A DNA stretch of 64,000 nt from an uncultured Phycisphaerales bacterium (GCA_963758525.1 CAVWVQ010000003.1:4977156-5041155), one strand, 5' to 3'; positions 42,128 through 54,281 are shown, counted from the stretch's first letter. Translations and numbers: made by a program. The notes: generated from the sequence alone by a model not told the origin.

Positions 42128-42850
42128 ATGAGCACGCATACCGTTCTTGTTATTGAAGACGAAAAGGATCTGCGCGCCCTGTTGCAGAGGTGCCTGGAAC
42201 AGGAGGGGTTCGACGTGATCGTCGCGACCGGCGGTGTTTCGGGCCTCCGAATCGCGAAAGAGCATCGCCCCGATCTGGTCCTGCTTGACATCAACATGCC
42301 CGGCCTCGATGGTTTGCAGGTCTGCCGGGAACTTCGCTCCGCACCACGACATGCCGACCTGCCCATCCTGTTTCTCTCGGCTCGGGCCAGCGGCGCGGAT
42401 CGTGTGATGGGACTTGAACTGGGCGCCGACGACTACCTTGTCAAGCCATTCCTGCCCCGTGAGCTGGTGGCACGAGTGCATGCGATCCTGCGCCGCACAG
42501 CTGATCGGAGGGACAAGCCTGCCATCATTTGCAGCGGCGATCTTGTCATCAATCTCCATGCCCACCAGGTGACTTACCGACGCCAACAGGTGCCCGTGAC
42601 GGCAGCGGAGTTCGCGATCCTGGAGTTGCTGGCGTCCCATCCGGGTCGCGTCTTCTCGCGCGATGAAATCATAGAGGCCGCGCCGCGAAACGATGCGGTG
42701 ACTGCCCGCACTGTCGACGCTCACATCGTTGGTATTCGTAAAGCGCTGGGGACAGCGGCGGCCTACATCGAGACGGTGCGCAGCGTCGGTTATCGCTTTC
42801 GATCAACCGATCTTGGAATTAATCCCTTGGGGCGGCTGCCTGGAAGATGA
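42128..42850 (+). CDS. OmpR/PhoB-family response regulator
   Basis: VIEDE, DLVLLDINMPG, GADDYLVKPF and winged helix RTVDAHI..IRKAL...IETVRSVGYRF. Confidence 0.95.
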   Translation: MSTHTVLVIEDEKDLRALLQRCLEQEGFDVIVATGGVSGLRIAKEHRPDLVLLDINMPGLDGLQVCRELRSAPRHADLPILFLSARASGADRVMGLELGADDYLVKPFLPRELVARVHAILRRTADRRDKPAIICSGDLVINLHAHQVTYRRQQVPVTAAEFAILELLASHPGRVFSRDEIIEAAPRNDAVTARTVDAHIVGIRKALGTAAAYIETVRSVGYRFRSTDLGINPLGRLPGR

Positions 42851-43177
42851 CAATCAATTCAGAAGACTTTCCGCGCGGCCTGGGAAAAAGGTAACACTCA
42901 AGGAATGACCGACACTCGTGAAGCCCTTTTGCGAGACCAAGAAGCCGTATCAAAGGCTCTTGACGGAACACATCAAGGAGTTGAAAAGCCGGGAAGGTCC
43001 TCAATTGTTAACCGATCGTGAAAGGCGTGCCGAAATGCGTCAGTCCCAGCTCCTTCTCGATTGCTTTTGCAACATCTTGGCGGCTATATGCTGAACAATC
43101 GGGCGCCCGACTGAGAGGTGCGGCGGCTGAGAATTCATCCGCCCGCGCGCCAAACGGTATCACGAGGAGCCGGTTTA

Positions 43178-46100
43178 ATGGGTCTTATCAAGTTCGTGCT
43201 GCGGCGCCCATACACGGTCGCCGCCATGATCATCCTGGTTTGTCTGCTCGGGATCGGTGCGGCCCTGCGCATGCCGACCGACATCTTCCCCGAGATCAAT
43301 ATTCCCGTTGTATGCGTCGTGTGGACTTACAACGGCATGAGCGCGGACGAAATGCAGAACCGAATCGTCGCTCTGCATGAGCGTCAACTCGCGTCGCTGG
43401 TGGACGACATCGAAAGGATCGAGGCCAACAGTTACCAGGGAGTCGGTGTCGTCAAGGTCTACCTTCACGAAGGCGCGGACGTCAGTCGTGCGGTTTCGCA
43501 GTTGGCAAGCAGCTCGCTGGTTGTGCTCAAGTACATGCCTCGCAACATCACGCCGCCGTTGATTCTGCGGTATGGGGCAACCGATGTTCCGATCATCCAA
43601 TTAAGCGTGTCGAGCAGCTCGCTATCTGACACCCGACTCAACGATCTCGGGCAGAACATCATCCGGCCCGATCTGGCGGTGGTGCGCGGAGCTTCAGTTC
43701 CCTACCCGTATGGCGGCAAGCCGCGCGTCATCATGGTCGACCTCAACCAGCAGGCGCTGCAGGCGCGCGGCCTTTCGCCAGTCGACGTGAGCGAGGCGCT
43801 GCAGCGGCAGAACGTCATTCTTCCTTCAGGGGATGTGAAGCTGGGCGACCGCGACTACGCCGTCTCGATGAACAACAGTCCCAACGTCATTGACGCGGTC
43901 AACCAGTTCCCGATCAAAGAAGTTGGCGGGAAGCTGGTCTTCATTCAGGATGTGGCCCACGTCCATGACGGGTACCAGGTCCAGACCAATTCGGTAACCG
44001 TGGGTGGTTTGCCCGGCAGCTTAATGATGGTGCGCAAGACCGGCGGAGTTTCGACCCTCGCAGTCGTCAAGGGTGTCCGCGCGGCAATTCCCGAACTCAA
44101 GAAGCTCCTGCCCGCCGGCGTCAGCGTCAAAGCGATCTTCGACCAGTCCATTTTCGTGAAGGCGGCGCTCAACGGCGTGCTCATGGGCGGGACGATTGCC
44201 GCAGTCCTTACTGGGCTGATGATTCTCTTGTTTCTGGGCGACTGGCGGCTGACGCTGATCATTCTCGCGTCGATTCCCCTCTCGATCGTCGCGGCGCTGC
44301 TCATCATGTATTGCGTGGGGCAGACGCTCAACACCATGACGCTGGGCGGATTTGCCCTGGCCGTCGGCATCCTCGTGGACAACGCAACCGTCGTCATCGA
44401 AAACATCGATCGCCATCTTCACGGTGGCGAGGAACTTGAGGATGCCATCGTTAGCGGCGGGTCGGAAATCATGACGCCGACGATACTCTCGACGCTCGCC
44501 ATCTGCATCGTCTTCATCCCGGTCTTCCTGCTGCAGGGGACGGCACATTACCTCTTTTCCCCGTTGTCGCTGTCAGTCTGCACGGCTCTGGTCGCGAGCC
44601 TGGCGCTGTCATTTACTCTCGTGCCGGTCATGTTTAAGTTTCTCATGCGCCGGGCCGTGGAGAAGCGAGCGCATTCCAACTGGCAGCGCAAAGTGAAGGA
44701 GCGTGCGCCGCATCGGGCCAACCGTCGCACGTGGTGGAGCAGGCCGTTTGCAGCAATCCACTATGGTTTCGAAAAAAGCTTCAACAGCTTTCGCAGGAAA
44801 TACCGCAACGTGCTGGCATGGGCCGTCGATCGGCCGGCCCTGACCAGCGTCTTCTTTGTCGCTCTGATGGTAATTTCCCTCTTGCTCTTCCCGATCCTGG
44901 GAATGGATTTCTTTCCGCAGGTCGACGCCGGCCAGATGCGCCTCCATGTCCGGCGCCGCCGGGCACGCGCCTCGAGAAAACGCAGGAGGATTTTGCGAGA
45001 GTCGAATCGAGTATTCGGCAGATCGTCGGCGACAACCAGGTTGACGTCGTCCTGGACAACATCGGGCTTCCGTACAGCGGCATCAACATCGCGCTGAGCG
45101 ATGCCGCCACTGTCGGTCCAATGGACGGCGAGATTCTGATCTCGCTCAAGGAGAAGCACACTCCGACCGCCGGCCACGTCGCGGATCTGCGCCGCGAGTT
45201 GCCCAAGCGCTTCCCGGAAATGCAGTTCTTTTTCCAGCCGGCCGACATCGTGAACCAGGTGCTGAACTTCGGTCAGCCCGCTCCGATCGACATTCGCGTG
45301 ACCGGTCCCAAAAACGATCAGGCCTATGCTCTGGCCAGCAAGATCACCCGCGACCTCAAGGCTGTTCCGGGCGTAGTCGACGCTCACGTCTTTCAGGTGC
45401 CCGACGCGCCTTCAATGAGGATCGACGTCGACCGCGCGTTCGCGCAATACCTGGACCTCAGCCAGCAGAACGCAGCCAACAGCCTGCTGGTGGCGCTGAA
45501 TTCCAGCGCCAGACGGCTCCAAACTTCTGGCTCAACTCGCGCAACAGCGTGAGCTATCCGCTGGTGGTGCAGACGCCGACCTATCGCATCCGGTCCATGG
45601 AGGATTTGCGGACGCTGCCCCTGCCGACGCCCAACGGGCAGGGTCAACTCCTCATGAACATCGCCCAGTTCAGCCGCGGCAGAGTTCCGATGATCATGTC
45701 GCAGTTGAACATCCGGCCGGTGTTCGATGTGAATGCCGACGTTCAAGGCCGTGACCTCAAGAGCGCGGCCGACGCAATCCAGAACGTGCTCGACAAGGAC
45801 CGGCCCACCGATGCATCGGCGATGAAAGTGACTCTCGCCGGCCAGGTGGAGACGATGCGGGAGAGCTTCGACGGCCTCTTCTCGGGGATGGCGCTGGCGG
45901 TGGTACTGGTCTTCCTTCTGATGGTGATGTACTTCCAGAGCTGGCTCGATCCGTTGATCGTGCTGATGGCGGTGCCGTTCGCGTTGGCGGGGGTATGCTG
46001 GATGCTCTATTTGACAAACACTCACATCAGCGTGCCCGCCCTTATGGGAACGCTGATGTGCATCGGGCTCACCACCGCCAACAGCATTCTGGTGGTAACG

Positions 46101-46394
46101 TTCGCCAATCAGCGGATGGGGGCGGGAGACAGCCCGCTGACGGCTGCGGTCGCGGCGGGGTACACTCGTTTGCGCCCGGTGCTCATGACTGCCGGCGCCA
46201 TGATCCTCGGAATGATTCCAATGGCTCTGGGTGTCGGTGAAGGAGGGGAGCAGAACGCTCCGCTTGCCCGCGCGGTCATCGGAGGACTGCTGTTCGCGAC
46301 GTTCGCCACGCTGATTTTTGTGCCGGCTATGTACCGGCTCATGCGGCGACCCAATGTGCCCGGTCCGGAGGAGACGACTCGTGCAATCGCCTGA
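43178..46394 (+). CDS. RND efflux permease (AcrB/AcrD/AcrF family); two frameshifts
   Basis: DIFPEINIPVV, LAVGILVDNATVVIENI, DFFPQVDAGQ and TRLRPVLMTA. Pieces 43118..45097, 44731..45552 and 45549..46394. Confidence 0.92.
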
Positions 46395-47730
46395 AATCGA
46401 TAATCCGCGCGACACCGGGGCCGCCGCTGACGGCGGCGTCGCGGGCGCTCCTCGTGCGCGATCGGAGCCCCAATGGCATCATGTTCCCGTGAACTACGAT
46501 ACGAAGACGGGGCGATTTCTGGCGATCGCCGCCGGCGTCCTGGCGATGGTGCTCGTCATTGCATTTTTCCTGATGCACCACCGCCGAAGCCGTCAGGAGG
46601 CTTCGCTGCGCGAAGAGACCGCCGGCGCCGAGTCGGCGCCTCCCGTCGTTGACGTCGTAACCGTCAAACGCGCCGCATCCATGCAGTCTGTGAGTCTTCC
46701 CGGCGAGACCAGGGCCTGGTACGAATCGACGATCTACGCGCGGGTCAGCGGCTACATCGACAAGTGGTTTGTCGACATTGGGGACAGGGTGAGCAAGGGA
46801 AAGGTGCTTGCAACCATCGATACTCCGGAGCTCGACGCGCAGCTTCGAGCGGCCGGTGCCAAGCTCAAGGCGGCCGAAGCCCAGGTCGCGGTGGAACAGG
46901 CGAATTCCAATTTTGCGAAGACCACGTTCGAACGATGGAACGAATCACCAAAAGGCGTTGTCTCCGAGCAGGAGCGCGAGTCGAAGAAAGCGGATTACGA
47001 CAGCAGCCTCGCGAGGCTCCAGGCCGCCCAATCGCAGGTTCATCTCAGTCAGGCCGATCTCGACAGCCTCACGGCCCTTACGCGATTCAAGGAAGTGACC
47101 GCGCCGTACGACGGCGTGATCAGTGCCCGGCACATTGATATCGGAGACCTGGTGACGGCGGGAAGCACCAGCAGCACCACTTCGCTCTACAACATCGCCC
47201 AGTCCGACACGATCCGCCTGTTCGTGGATGTGCCGCAAACCGCCAGCAGCGGGATGACCGTGGGAACGCCCGTGGTGGCGACGACCAGCGAGTTCCGCGA
47301 CCGCAAGTTTGAAGGCAAAATCGTCCGAACCGCCAACTCGATCGATCCCGTCTCCCGCACGCTGCACGTCGAGGCCGATATTCCCAACCCCGACCTGAAG
47401 CTGGTTCCGGGAATGTACGTCGAAGCCAGTTTCAAACTGGCAAGAAAGCCGCTGCTGGAGGTGCCGGCGAGTGCGTTGCTGTTCCGTTCGAACGGACCGG
47501 AAGCGGCGGTAGTCGGCCCTGACAACAAAGTAAGTTTTCATCCGGTGACGATCGCGCTCGACCAGGGGGACTTCGTCGAGATCGGCTCGGGGCTCTCGGA
47601 AGGGGATCGTGTTGCACTGAATATCAGCAGCCAGATCGACGACGGCGGCGTGGTATCGGCCAACGATATTGACAACCCTGCGGGATCGCAGGCTGCCGCG
47701 AACGTCGCATCGGGAGAGCCAGGCCGGTGA
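46381..47730 (+). CDS. RND periplasmic adaptor (membrane fusion protein)
   Basis: GGAGG RBS before GTG 46381, a TM anchor, IYARVSGY...VDIGDRV..G and TAPYDGVI lipoyl-like halves. Confidence 0.92.
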   Translation: MQSPEIDNPRDTGAAADGGVAGAPRARSEPQWHHVPVNYDTKTGRFLAIAAGVLAMVLVIAFFLMHHRRSRQEASLREETAGAESAPPVVDVVTVKRAASMQSVSLPGETRAWYESTIYARVSGYIDKWFVDIGDRVSKGKVLATIDTPELDAQLRAAGAKLKAAEAQVAVEQANSNFAKTTFERWNESPKGVVSEQERESKKADYDSSLARLQAAQSQVHLSQADLDSLTALTRFKEVTAPYDGVISARHIDIGDLVTAGSTSSTTSLYNIAQSDTIRLFVDVPQTASSGMTVGTPVVATTSEFRDRKFEGKIVRTANSIDPVSRTLHVEADIPNPDLKLVPGMYVEASFKLARKPLLEVPASALLFRSNGPEAAVVGPDNKVSFHPVTIALDQGDFVEIGSGLSEGDRVALNISSQIDDGGVVSANDIDNPAGSQAAANVASGEPGR

Positions 47731-49394
47731 CCATTCCCTCGCCAGTTTCATCTTCCGGAAAACGCATGCCGCGGAACACGTGGTGCCTGCGATGCTTGCC
47801 ACGCGCCAAGGGCGTCTTGCCGTTGGCGTGTCTGCTGGCAATCGCTGGATGCGCGGTTGGACCGGATTATCGGCGCCCGCAAACCATCATGCCCGACGAG
47901 TTCGCCGCGGTGTATCCGCAGACCCGGCCCAGCACGCAGCCAACCAGCGCGACATCGCGCGTGGTGGACCCGTGCGCGCTGGTGGGAATTCCTGAACGAT
48001 CCGGAGTTGAATGGTTTGATCGAGCGCGCCGTCGCCGCCAACCCTGATCTGGAAATCGCTTTCGCCCGCCTGCAGGAAGCGCGGGCGCAGGAAGCGGTCA
48101 CGAACGGCGGCTCCCTTCCACTTGTTGATTTCTCTGCCGGCGCGGGTCGCGGGTCGGGGACCAATTCGGTGCGCGGCCGCATTGCGCCGCCGGTGTATGC
48201 CGGGTCGAATACGGGCGGTCTGATCGAAGTCACGCAGATCGTCGGCTTCGACGCCGGGTGGGAGCTCGATCTGTTTGGCAAGTTTCGCCGCGAAGTCGAG
48301 GCCGCGCACGCGGATACGCAGACCGCCGCTGAGGCTCGCAACGCGGTGCTGATTGTCCTGGTTTCCGATGTGGCCCGCGCTTACATGGATGTGCGCGCCC
48401 TGCAGTTGCGGTTGGCGATCTACCGGAAGAACGTCGCGGCGGAGCAGCAGAGCGTCGGTCTGATGCAAACACGTTTCGAGCGCGGGCTGACCAACGAACT
48501 GGACCTCGCGTTGGCCCGGCGCGAACTGGCCTCCGTGCAGGCGGACGTCGAGCCGCTGCGGGCGGCGAGGGACTCGGCGGCGCGGCGCGTGGCTGTTCTC
48601 CTGGGCCGGTTTCCGGAGGATCTGAAGCGCGAACTGGCCGACACGACTGCACTGCCGCAGTTGCCCGACGCGATCCAGCCGGCAGTTCCTGTCGAACTGC
48701 TGCGCCGGCGCCCTGACATCCGCGAGGCGGAACGAAAGCTCGCCGCCGAGACCGCGCGCATTGGCGTCGCTGCCTCGCGGCTGTTTCCAACCGTCAGCGT
48801 CACGGCAGGGGCCGGCCTTCAGGGGCAGGGGCTCGGCCGCACGCCCAACACGAGCATGTTTATCTGGTCGGCCGGTCCGGCGGCCTATTGGCCGCTGCTC
48901 GACTTCGGCGCGCTCGATTCCCAGGTAACCGTTCAGAATTTCCGCACGCGCGAGGCGTTGCTCAATTACAAAAAAACGATCATCAGCGCCGTCGAGGAAG
49001 TGAACGATGCGATCAGCAACTATTCCGCGCAACAGGAACGGCTTCGCGACCTGAGCGAAGGCCTCATCGCCAGCGAGCGAGCGGTCACCCTCGCATCCGA
49101 ACGTTATGATCGCGGGTTGACCGATTACCTCAATGTGCTGGACGCGCAGCGGCAGTTTTATGCGTTGCAGGATCAGTTTGCCCAGCGCAAGAGGCTGTTG
49201 CGCTGCAGTTCATTGCCCTGCACAAAGGCCTTGGCGGTGGATGGGAAACCTTTGTTCCTGCTGGCCCGCCTGCGTCACCGCGACCTGCGGTTGTCGCCGC
49301 CGCGGCGCTGCTTCTGCATCCCGACGAAGCCAATCTTCAGCAGCCATTGCTTCAGCCGAGCCCCGCTGCGCCGACGCTGGGGGTGGCAAGATAG
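47727..49394 (+). CDS. Outer-membrane efflux lipoprotein (NodT/OprM family); two frameshifts
   Basis: AGCAVGPDY lipobox, WWEFLNDPELNGL, WELDLFGKFRR and LLRRRPDIREAE. The frame-corrected end ALHKGLGGGW runs to TAG 49394. Confidence 0.9.
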
Positions 49395-49454
49395 CCGCCC
49401 ACCCTCTTTGACTTGTGGGGGGATTGATAGAATTCCATAAAAAAGATAGATTAT

Positions 49455-49540
49455 CTGTCAATAGTATGTAACCAAATTTAAATCAGCAGTTTACGAATGA
49501 CATCCGTTCATTTGACAGCGTATTCCTCGCGCGATAAAAC
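49455..49540 (+). promoter_or_regulatory. Pho-box-like direct repeat and sigma70-type promoter upstream of porin 2
   Basis: CTGTCAA-TAGT-ATGTAAC (49455-49472, 11-bp period), then TTGACA 49512-49517, a 17-bp spacer and TAAAAC 49535-49540. Confidence 0.5.
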
Positions 49541-49665
49541 TATTAAGTCGATAGGGATTGTTGTATTTGAGATCCTAGTCGTTTCCCTGCGTGCGGGATT
49601 GCGTGCGGTTGGGCGTTGCAAAGGCCGTCCGCTGTTGACAAGCGTTTTTTAAAAGGAGAGCCGCA

Positions 49666-51180
49666 ATGGGTCAGTCACGAAATAAAGGCGTCATCGGACA
49701 GAAGGGCAGCACGGCTGCGGCATTTGGCAAACGGCGTCGCGTCGCCGCGCCACTTGCTATCGCCGCGGGAGTAGGCCTGTGGGCATCCGCCGCGCTGGCG
49801 GATGACGGCGCGAGCGCCTCGGGTTCGCTTGAGGCGAAGAATGCTGCGCTCGAAGCCAAGGTAGAGGCGCTGGAAAACAAGGTTGATCGGCTCGAGGCGA
49901 ATCAGCAGCAGACCAAGGCCGCAGTTGACGCGGAGATCCAGAACGTCCGGCACGACGCGGACGTGCGCAACACGCAAATACTTTCATACAAGCCGCCGCT
50001 CACCAGTGGCTACGACCCCACCGCCGGATTTGTCATCCGCAGCGAAGACGGCGCATTCTCTCTGCGGCCGGGCCTCGTGCTGGATGTGCGCAATGACACC
50101 AGCTACCGGCAGTCGATCCCCAAAGGGGGCGGCGGAGAAGTCGCCAGGACCGGCGACGATACTCAAAACGGATTCGACATCAGTCGGCTGCGCTTGACGC
50201 TTGCGGGTAACTACACCGAGGCGATCAACTATTTTGTTCAGTTTCAGGACGATCAGGGCTCGTCGTTTGGGCTGCTCGACGCCTACATCACCTATCACCT
50301 GGGAGCACAATCTCCGTTTTCCCTGAAAGTGGGACAGTTCAAAGATCCGCTCTGGCACGAACGAAATCTCTCCGAGGCGAATCTGCTCGCCGTCGACCGT
50401 TCGCTGGTCGAATCACTGCTGGGTGGCGGGCAGACCGGCCGCGTGCAGGGAGCCGAAGTGCTCTACGATCGCGATCGCACCCGCCTTCAGGGCGTCATTC
50501 ACGACGGGTACAACAGTGTAAACACCAAGTTCTACGACGGTGGGGGGCTGGGGAGCGGCGTGGGCGGAGGCGCGGGCGTCACCCCGACCAATTTCGGTGT
50601 CTCCGGACGCGCGGAATATCTCGTGCTCGGCAGCCGGTCAAAGGATTCGCATCCGTACAAACAGTACGATTCGGGCTTCACTTCTCTGGGCAACCAGCAG
50701 GACTTTGTCATCGTCGGGGCCGGCGCCGACTACTCCCAGGCCGGATCCAACGATGTAATCTTTCACACCGCCGACGTGCAATACAACAACACGTCGGGCT
50801 TCGCGTTTTATGCCGCGTATCTGGGCGCTTATCGCGATTTAAACTCGAAGCAGGGCGTCGCGCCGGGCAATTATTATGACCCTGGTTTTGTGATTCAGGC
50901 AGCGTACCTCGTCACCGACCGTCTCGAGCCGTTCGTGCGTTACGACTACACATATCTGGCCGGCAAATCTGAAGCGGCAAGTCTTGGAGTGAAGGACCAC
51001 GCCGTGCAGGAGATTACGGTTGGAGCAAACTATTATCTCTATCGCCAGAACCTGAAGCTCACGCTCGACGGGACCTGGCTGCCCGACGGTGCGCCCAGCG
51101 ACACCGACGCGATAGGCGTATTGAAAGACAGCGGGAGTAACGAATTCCTCGTGCGGGCGCAGTTTCAGCTCGCGCTTTGA
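49666..51180 (+). CDS. Outer-membrane porin (OprO/OprP-like), paralogue 2
   Basis: Signal ALA|DD, coiled coil, NGFDISRLRLTLAGN, KVGQFKDP, VGANYYLYRQNLKLT and terminal AQFQLAL. AAGGAG RBS. Confidence 0.88.
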   Translation: MGQSRNKGVIGQKGSTAAAFGKRRRVAAPLAIAAGVGLWASAALADDGASASGSLEAKNAALEAKVEALENKVDRLEANQQQTKAAVDAEIQNVRHDADVRNTQILSYKPPLTSGYDPTAGFVIRSEDGAFSLRPGLVLDVRNDTSYRQSIPKGGGGEVARTGDDTQNGFDISRLRLTLAGNYTEAINYFVQFQDDQGSSFGLLDAYITYHLGAQSPFSLKVGQFKDPLWHERNLSEANLLAVDRSLVESLLGGGQTGRVQGAEVLYDRDRTRLQGVIHDGYNSVNTKFYDGGGLGSGVGGGAGVTPTNFGVSGRAEYLVLGSRSKDSHPYKQYDSGFTSLGNQQDFVIVGAGADYSQAGSNDVIFHTADVQYNNTSGFAFYAAYLGAYRDLNSKQGVAPGNYYDPGFVIQAAYLVTDRLEPFVRYDYTYLAGKSEAASLGVKDHAVQEITVGANYYLYRQNLKLTLDGTWLPDGAPSDTDAIGVLKDSGSNEFLVRAQFQLAL

Positions 51181-51276
51181 CGGGCAACGTTGCTGCTCAC
51201 CTGGGAAAATCCGCACTGAATCACGCTGGATCGCCGAAGAAGTGCCTGCATATCATTAAGGTTTCAGGAGGCATAC

Positions 51277-51489
51277 ATGTGCAAATCATTAATCGCGGGC
51301 TTTTCGTTGGCCATGCTGAGCAGCGCGAGCCTTTCATTGATCGGTTGTCAGATGCCGGCCGGCTCAAATCAGACCGCGTCAGATCAGCGCGCGGGTGCGG
51401 CTGTATCAACGACTCAACCTTCTCAAATCGCAGCTGATCAAGAGCGCCACGACGTTGGAAACGGAGCTTTTGGAGAGGATGTGCCTTAG
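51277..51489 (+). CDS. Small lipoprotein (70 aa), function unknown
   Basis: AGGAGG RBS, hydrophobic signal with lipobox LIG|C, STTQPS linker. Confidence 0.6.
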   Translation: MCKSLIAGFSLAMLSSASLSLIGCQMPAGSNQTASDQRAGAAVSTTQPSQIAADQERHDVGNGAFGEDVP

Positions 51490-51591
51490 CTCTGATTCCG
51501 AAGAAAGGCGCCTGAACAGAGAAGCCGCCTTCGGCGATCGCGCGGGCAATTGACGCTGGAGTCGGAGAGGGGTCGAGGGGGGTCTCCGTTA

Positions 51592-52445
51592 TCACAAATA
51601 GAGCTGAAACTGCCCGCGGAAGAGCAGATCGGCGTAGCCTGGATTTTCAATCAGATCGTTCCCCGCATCGGTGGTAGGCGTCCCGTTCGGGAGGTAACAG
51701 AGGTCGAACGTCAGCTTCGCGTCTTGTCCGTGGAAGTAATAATTGACGCCCGTCGTGAACTCGTTGACGGTCGAGGATGTGGGCGTTTTGAATTCGCGCC
51801 CGTCCAGGTGGAGGTAGTCGTAGCGGACGAACCCCTCCCAGTGCGGGTTCAAGAGGTAACTCGCCTGCAGCCGCAAGCTGGGATCGTAGGTGCTGCCGCC
51901 GACACCGTCAGTATTTCCCGAGATGTAGCGGCCGAGGTACGCGCCGTAGAGCCCGAATGGGCCGGGATTATATTGAGCGTCCACCACATGGCGGAGGATG
52001 TTCGTGTGGCCCGCTTCGGTCAGATCGAGCCCGCCGCCGACCACGAGCAGGTCAGCCGTGTTGCCCAGGGAAGTGAAGTGCTCATAGTCTTTCCAGCGGC
52101 CAAAGAGTTTGTAGTCTGCGCGGCGCCGACGCCGAAGTTTGCCGCGTTGGTCGGGAAATCGCGAAAGCTCGAGTTGTTGTTATTGAATCCATCCGTGAAC
52201 GCCGCCTCGGCTCGGAAGGCGCCTCCATCGTCATAGCGCAGCGTCACGCCTTTGCTGAACGCCTCGCCGCCGGCAAGCGTATCGTCCACGTACGTTCGAT
52301 CGGCTGCCAGCTGCCGCGCATCGCTGATCCACTGCTCATGATCCAGCGGCGATTTGAACTGCCCGCCGCCGATGATCCAGGGCGTGCCGTGAATGCGGTA
52401 TTGCACCCACGCCATCAGCAGGCTCAGATTCCCCGTGGTAATTTC
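51592..52445 (-). pseudogene. 3' half of porin paralogue 3; 5' end missing at a junction, one frameshift
   Basis: LLMAWVQY..GGGQFKSPLDHE, GVNYYFHGQDAKLTFD and terminal GQFQLYL. Porin similarity stops near 52445, with no signal peptide or start. Confidence 0.8.
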
Positions 52446-52446
52446 A

Positions 52447-52562
52447 GACGGGCACGTGGAAAACCTCCCGATCCTCAACACCGATGGAACGACCACCGGC
52501 CCGGGCGTCAGCGCCTCGGGCGATCTGGCAGCGTAAATGTCAATAACGGCTTTTCGGAATAG
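52447..52562 (+). pseudogene. 3' fragment of a prepilin-type / H-X9-DG (DUF1559-like) gene
   Basis: DGHVENLPI begins exactly where porin similarity ends. DGHVE is the typical C-terminal motif of this planctomycete family. Confidence 0.45.
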
Positions 52563-52573
52563 AGCTGAAAATC

Positions 52574-52762
52574 GTGGGGATCCGCCAGACGATCAATCAG
52601 AGTCCAAAGCTGACCGGCGTCATCGCGGGCGTCATTGCGCTGTTGGGGCTGTTTCTGATTGCGTGGAATCTCTTCGGCCATGGCAATGCCCAAAATGCCT
52701 ACCGCGGCAAAACATTCTTCTCCGATGACGATGGGGGAACCTGGTTCCTCGATGATGCGTCG
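52574..52762 (+). pseudogene. 5' fragment of a single-TM hypothetical protein, cut at a junction
   Basis: MGIRQTINQSPKL, a TM helix, then [16 protein letters not shown]. The stop codon comes from the antisense strand of the neighbouring gene. Confidence 0.55.
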
Positions 52763-54281
52763 TAGAGCGCTTCATTCCCAATCGCGTCGCGGCGCCTTTG
52801 GGACCGCCCACGACCCAGCCGGTAGCGGCCAGCGCGGCGATGATGTGCTCGCGCTCCGCGTCGTTGAGCGTGATCGGCGCAGGTGTTGTCTGGCCGTCCT
52901 TCGCCTCGGGAACAACCTGCAAGTCTGACAAGGCAACTTGCAGTGCCGAATCTTTCGACAGAATCACCGCGCGCTCGATGACGTTTTGCAATTCCCGCAC
53001 ATTGCCCGGCCACGGGTAACGCACGAGCGCCTCCATCACCGACTCGGGAATCGTCTCGATGCGCCGGTGCATCCGGCGGGCAAATCGATGGGTGAAATGG
53101 CGCACCAGCCGCGGGATGTCATCCGGCCGCTCGCGAAGCGGCGGCAGCATCAGCGGGAAAACGTTCAGGCGATAATACAAGTCGTTGCGGAAATCTTTGG
53201 CCGCGACCATCTTCGCAAGATCGCAGTTCGTGGCCGCGACCATCCGCACGTTCACTTTGATCGTGCGCGTCCCGCCCAGCCGCTCGAATTCCTGTTCCTG
53301 AAGCACGCGGAGCAGTTTGGATTGAAGTTCCAAAGGTATGTCGCCCACCTCGTCCAGGAACAGCGTACCGCCATGGGCCAACTCGAATCGCCCGATCTTC
53401 TGTGCGATAGCGCCTGTGAACGCACCTTTCTCGTGGCCGAACAATTCGCTCTCAAGCAGACCGGTGGGAATGGCCGCGCAATTCAGCTTGACGAACGTGC
53501 GACTCTTGCGTGGGCTCAGCTCGTGCACGGCCCGGGCGATCAGTTCTTTGCCAGTGCCTGTTTCGCCGCATACCAGGACAGTCGAGTCGGTCGGCGCGAC
53601 CGTCTCGACCTTTCTGAGGACCTCGCGCAGCACCGCGCTTTCCCCGACGATGTCACCGAAATTGTGCTCGGTGCGGACCTCATCCTCCAGATACGCCTTC
53701 TCCTTCGCCAGCTTGTCCTTCAGCGCCTCGATCTCCTCGAAGGCCAAGGCGTTCTCTACCGCGACGGCCACCTGATTGGCAATGAGCTGAAGGAAGTGCA
53801 GGTCGTTGTTTTCGTACATCGCGGTCTGCTTGGACACGAACACCAGCGCGCCCAGCCGACGCCGGGCCGTGCTCAGCGGGAGATAGCAGTGGCTTTGAAC
53901 GCCGTACTGCTCCACCCGTTGTCGCAATTGCGGCCAGCGCTGCAGGTCGGAAATCTTCGAAGTAATCAGCGGCTGCTGGGTCTGCCATACCAGTCCAGCC
54001 GGGTCATCGTCCGGACTCAGGACCACGGTCGAGGGGGCGGGCAGAGGAACGGGCAGCTCCAGAACGTGCAGGCGCATCACATTTGTCGCGGCGTCGTGAA
54101 GAACCAACGAGAGCGCATCAAAGTTCACCACGCGACCAAGCCGGCCGCCCAACTCGTGAAACAGCGCGGACAAATCCCGGTGCGAAGCGATGGCATCTGA
54201 TACCGCGAACAAAGCGCGATACCTGTCGCTCGTCGCGGTCGCGTTTTCCTGCAGTTCAGGGCGTGGCATGACAAGATCCAT
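52762..54281 (-). CDS. GAF-domain sigma-54 enhancer-binding protein (FhlA/NifA-like), truncated within the C-terminal HTH
   Basis: GAF domain, [30 protein letters not shown] and [10 protein letters not shown]. The [15 protein letters not shown] breaks off and reads into unrelated sequence to a stop at 52632. Confidence 0.9.
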
